From: Candidatus Aenigmatarchaeota archaeon
Lineage (GTDB): Archaea; Aenigmatarchaeota; Aenigmatarchaeia; CG10238-14; SCSR01
DNA: 15,951 bases
Assembly (NCBI GenBank): GCA_039000165.1
Contig: JAWBTW010000004.1
Span: 32,470 to 48,420 of the forward strand
Reading direction: 5' to 3'
In this document: one piece after another, positions 13,493-15,951 of the stretch
Position numbering within the stretch: the stretch's first letter is position 1
Layout of the letters: every line of letters starts with the position of its first letter
The notes under the pieces: generated by a model
Databases searched by the model: none
What the model was told of the DNA's origin: nothing
The model's input: the letters and a program-made list of their open reading frames with translations, nothing else
Translations under genes and position numbers: made by a program

Positions 13493-14209
13493 CTATTTTC
13501 CAAAATTTCTTTGGATTCTGCTGTACTTTTTAATACAGTTTATTAAATCTTGTTTGGTAAAATCTGGCCAAAGTTTTTTTAATGTTATTATCTCAGCATA
13601 ACTTGCCTGTAAAAGCATAAAGTTTGAAAGCCTGTTATAGCCTCCTGTCCTTATAACTAAGTCAAGAGGAACAGGAACTAGCAAGTTTTCTTGAATATCT
13701 TTTTCTGAAATCTCTATAGTTCCTTTTTCCAAGCATTTTTGAACTATTTTCTTAACAACTTCCTTTATTTCAAAATGACTTCCGTAAGCTACCAAAAGGT
13801 TAAGAAACCTTTTCTGATATTTTGCAGTTTTTTGCATGAGCTTTCCCATAAGCCTAACAAGTTTTTTTGGCAATCTGCTCAAATCACCAATAAACCTTAC
13901 CCTTACTTCATACTTATCTAAAAAGCCATCTTTTTTCTTTTCCCATTTTTTCAAGTAGTTATAATAAATTCTGAAAAGCTCTTCAAGCTCGCGCTTTGGT
14001 CTGTTTAAATTTTCGGTTGAAAGAGTAAAAATTGAAACATGAGGAATGTTGAGTTCTAAACACCATTTCAGAAAATTCTCAAGAGTTTTTGCTCCGTAGC
14101 GATGACCATACCAAGGAGGCATACCTCTTTCTTTTGCCCATCTTCTATTGCCATCAATTATTATTCCAAGATGGTTTGGAATTATCAAGCCATTCGGCAA
14201 ACTTTTCAC
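13493..14209 (-). CDS. uppS: cis-prenyltransferase (polyprenyl diphosphate synthase)
   Basis: HLGIIIDGNRRWA, LSTENLNRP, DLVIRTGGYNRLSNF, LWPDF, RNFGK motifs. GTG start. Confidence 0.95.
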   Translation of the reverse strand: MKSLPNGLIIPNHLGIIIDGNRRWAKERGMPPWYGHRYGAKTLENFLKWCLELNIPHVSIFTLSTENLNRPKRELEELFRIYYNYLKKWEKKKDGFLDKYEVRVRFIGDLSRLPKKLVRLMGKLMQKTAKYQKRFLNLLVAYGSHFEIKEVVKKIVQKCLEKGTIEISEKDIQENLLVPVPLDLVIRTGGYNRLSNFMLLQASYAEIITLKKLWPDFTKQDLINCIKKYSRIQRNFGK

Positions 14210-14294
14210 CTAATTTTAGATTTCATAGGTAAGCTTAAATAGATTTTAAGCTGAAAAATTTAAAAATTAAATATTCTCTATAATTAATCTAAGT

Positions 14295-14404
14295 GGGGTT
14301 GTCAGCTAGTCTGGTTTAGGCTGGCAGGCTCCAGTTCATCTGGAGCTATGAAAAAAGATGAATGAAGAAACCTGCTCACGTGGGTTCAAATCCCACCAAC
14401 CCCA
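14295..14404 (+). tRNA. tRNA-Trp(CCA) with a 35-nt intron at 37/38 (14335-14369)
   Basis: GGGGTTG TC AGCT AGTCTGGTTTA GGCT G GCAGG CT CCA G [35 nt] A CCTGC TCAC GTGGG TTCAAAT CCCAC CAACCCC A. Confidence 0.94.
14335..14369 (+). ncRNA. tRNA-Trp intron, candidate minimal box C/D guide for Cm34
   Basis: CTGGAGCT (14340-14347) is complementary to tRNA nt 30-37 (GGCTCCAG) and is followed by D-like ATGA. The N+5 rule lands on C34. A C-like ATGAAGA sits at 14362-14368. Confidence 0.6.
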
Positions 14405-14411
14405 TTTAAAC

Positions 14412-15317
14412 TCAAACTTCTTTTTTTCTTTCTTCTGCTTTGATAGAATAGTAGTAAGCTGTTGGAAGAATTAGAGATAAAGGTGTGAAAACTAGATAAG
14501 TTATAACTTGACCTATGAAAGGAGCAAACACAAACAAAATTCCTAGAAGATTGAAAGGAAGCTCGACCATGCTTTGAATCATTCCAACTATTAACCCCAT
14601 AACAACATTAACAAAAAATATTGACCAAAATTTTCCTTTCGTTATCCTCCAACTTTCTTTCACGCTTTCGATACAACCTCTTTTTTCCAACATAAAAACA
14701 GGAATGGAAAGCCAAATTCTAAAGTTGACGTAGCCCAGAATAATTCCTAAAACTATTACTAAGAGAATTAAGTAAGGTAAAAGAGAAAAAACATAGCCAG
14801 GAAAGATTTCCATGCTAGTTGGTTTTATAAAAGGTAATATTGATAAACCTGTTACTGAAACACCAACAGGCGAAATATTTGGAATAGCTGATTTCTGAAA
14901 CAAAGGTACAAGCAAAATAAAAACTATTAAAGTTATTAAAGCTGCAATGGTAATCAAAGGTAAAGATTGAATGATGCCAACAACCAATATTTTGTGAGAA
15001 ATCCTAAAACATTCTTTAAAAATTTCTATAATTCCAATTTTCTTTTTTTCTTTTGCTCTTTTAACCATCAAAGAATAGCCTGCAAACTGAACATAATTTA
15101 AAACTAAGAGCAAAACAAAGCCTGAGCCTGCGATTAAAATAAAAGGAATCAAACCTAGCGGAAAAGAAATAAAAAACAAGAATAGCGCCCCAACTACAAT
15201 TATAAAACCGGCTAAACCATTAAGTGTAAGAAATAAAAGTTGATAAAGAAAAATCTTGGAGAAGTTTTCTTTCCAAAACTCAAAAGTATAGCTTAACGAA
15301 TCTGCAAACAAACTCAT
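14412..15317 (-). CDS. Multi-pass membrane protein of unknown function
   Basis: About 6-7 hydrophobic segments. The GCIESVKESWRITKGKFWSIF pattern is typical of DUF975 / GDPD-membrane-anchor-like proteins. Confidence 0.7.
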   Translation of the reverse strand: MSLFADSLSYTFEFWKENFSKIFLYQLLFLTLNGLAGFIIVVGALFLFFISFPLGLIPFILIAGSGFVLLLVLNYVQFAGYSLMVKRAKEKKKIGIIEIFKECFRISHKILVVGIIQSLPLITIAALITLIVFILLVPLFQKSAIPNISPVGVSVTGLSILPFIKPTSMEIFPGYVFSLLPYLILLVIVLGIILGYVNFRIWLSIPVFMLEKRGCIESVKESWRITKGKFWSIFFVNVVMGLIVGMIQSMVELPFNLLGILFVFAPFIGQVITYLVFTPLSLILPTAYYYSIKAEERKKEV

Positions 15318-15951
15318 TTTTCTCTAATTTTTATTTGTTTTTTTATGTTTTTAACTTTTTTCACACCATACTTTCCTTCAAGCTCAAGGAAAACAACTGG
15401 ACCTAGATTTTTAGTTTTTATTTTATCATTTTTCTCAAGATAAATCAAATCTTGACCAAAAGCAGTTATTACAGGGGAAATTAGTCTCCCTCCCTTTTTT
15501 AATTGTTCAATCCAAGGCTTAGGAATCTTTGGGGCAGCTGCAGTAGAAATTATAGCATCATAAGGAGCATCTTTCTCATAACCCAAAGAGCCATCACCTA
15601 AAACAACTTTTACATCTTTATAACCAGCTTTTTTCAAATTTTCTTTTGCAAACTCATAAACTTCTGGATTAATTTCTATCGTTACAACTTTTCCTTTTTT
15701 TACTATTTCTTTTATTAAAGCTGCTCCGTAACCTGAGCCTGCACCTATTTCTAAAACTTTTTCTCCTGGCTTAAGCTTAACTGCTTCAAGCATTATAGCA
15801 TACATGTGCGGAGCAGAAATAGTTGCTCCCGAAACTATTGGTAAAGGGGTGTCAAGCCAAGCCTCGTTTTTGTATTCTGGCAGAACAAAAAGCTCTCTTT
15901 TTACTTTAAGCATAGCCTCTATTATTTCTTTGCTCTTAAGTCTTCCTTCTT
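15314..15951 (-). CDS. pcm: Protein-L-isoaspartate O-methyltransferase (5' end outside window)
   Basis: TISAPHM, VLEIGAGSGYGAA, GDGSLGY, APYDAI, EQLKKGGRL motifs. The frame stays open to the window edge (EGRLKSKEIIEA precedes the track's Met). Confidence 0.94.
   Translation of the reverse strand, partial: EGRLKSKEIIEAMLKVKRELFVLPEYKNEAWLDTPLPIVSGATISAPHMYAIMLEAVKLKPGEKVLEIGAGSGYGAALIKEIVKKGKVVTIEINPEVYEFAKENLKKAGYKDVKVVLGDGSLGYEKDAPYDAIISTAAAPKIPKPWIEQLKKGGRLISPVITAFGQDLIYLEKNDKIKTKNLGPVVFLELEGKYGVKKVKNIKKQIKIREK

Noticed and set aside
969..13921. Numerous short antisense ORFs in the track (e.g. 969-1247, 5140-5451, 5998-6321, 11912-12145)
   Set aside because: All lie opposite well-supported genes and have the Phe/Leu/Ser-rich composition of shadow frames.
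1..15951. CRISPR array, IS element, integrase or provirus
   Set aside because: No regularly spaced repeats, transposase, tyrosine or serine recombinase, or viral genes were seen.

Overview
AT-rich archaeal chromosomal segment. The gene set and non-canonical tRNA introns suggest a DPANN-type lineage, which is inference only. Most of the window is housekeeping: archaemetzincin, GT2 glycosyltransferase, macrodomain protein, the NMD3-aIF1A-RIO1-KH-top6B-top6A cluster (top6A carries a 471-aa LAGLIDADG intein in its DxD motif), Taw1/TYW1, an IPK-like kinase, geranylgeranyl reductase, UppS, a membrane protein, a partial PIMT, and four tRNAs (Phe, Asn, Thr, Trp). The striking part is 711-4088, where one architecture occurs twice with two unrelated nucleases. 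A free-standing endonuclease gene (LAGLIDADG for tRNA-Phe, HTH plus PD-(D/E)XK-like for tRNA-Asn) runs into the 5' end of a tRNA gene. That tRNA has a tandemly duplicated acceptor strand and a short, well-formed bulge-helix-bulge intron at the very unusual 9/10 or 8/9 position. At the Asn locus an intron-less copy of the tRNA 5' end is stranded upstream of the nuclease gene. This looks like an integrase-free, tRNA-targeting homing cassette that supplies a replacement, intron-protected tRNA 5' end.
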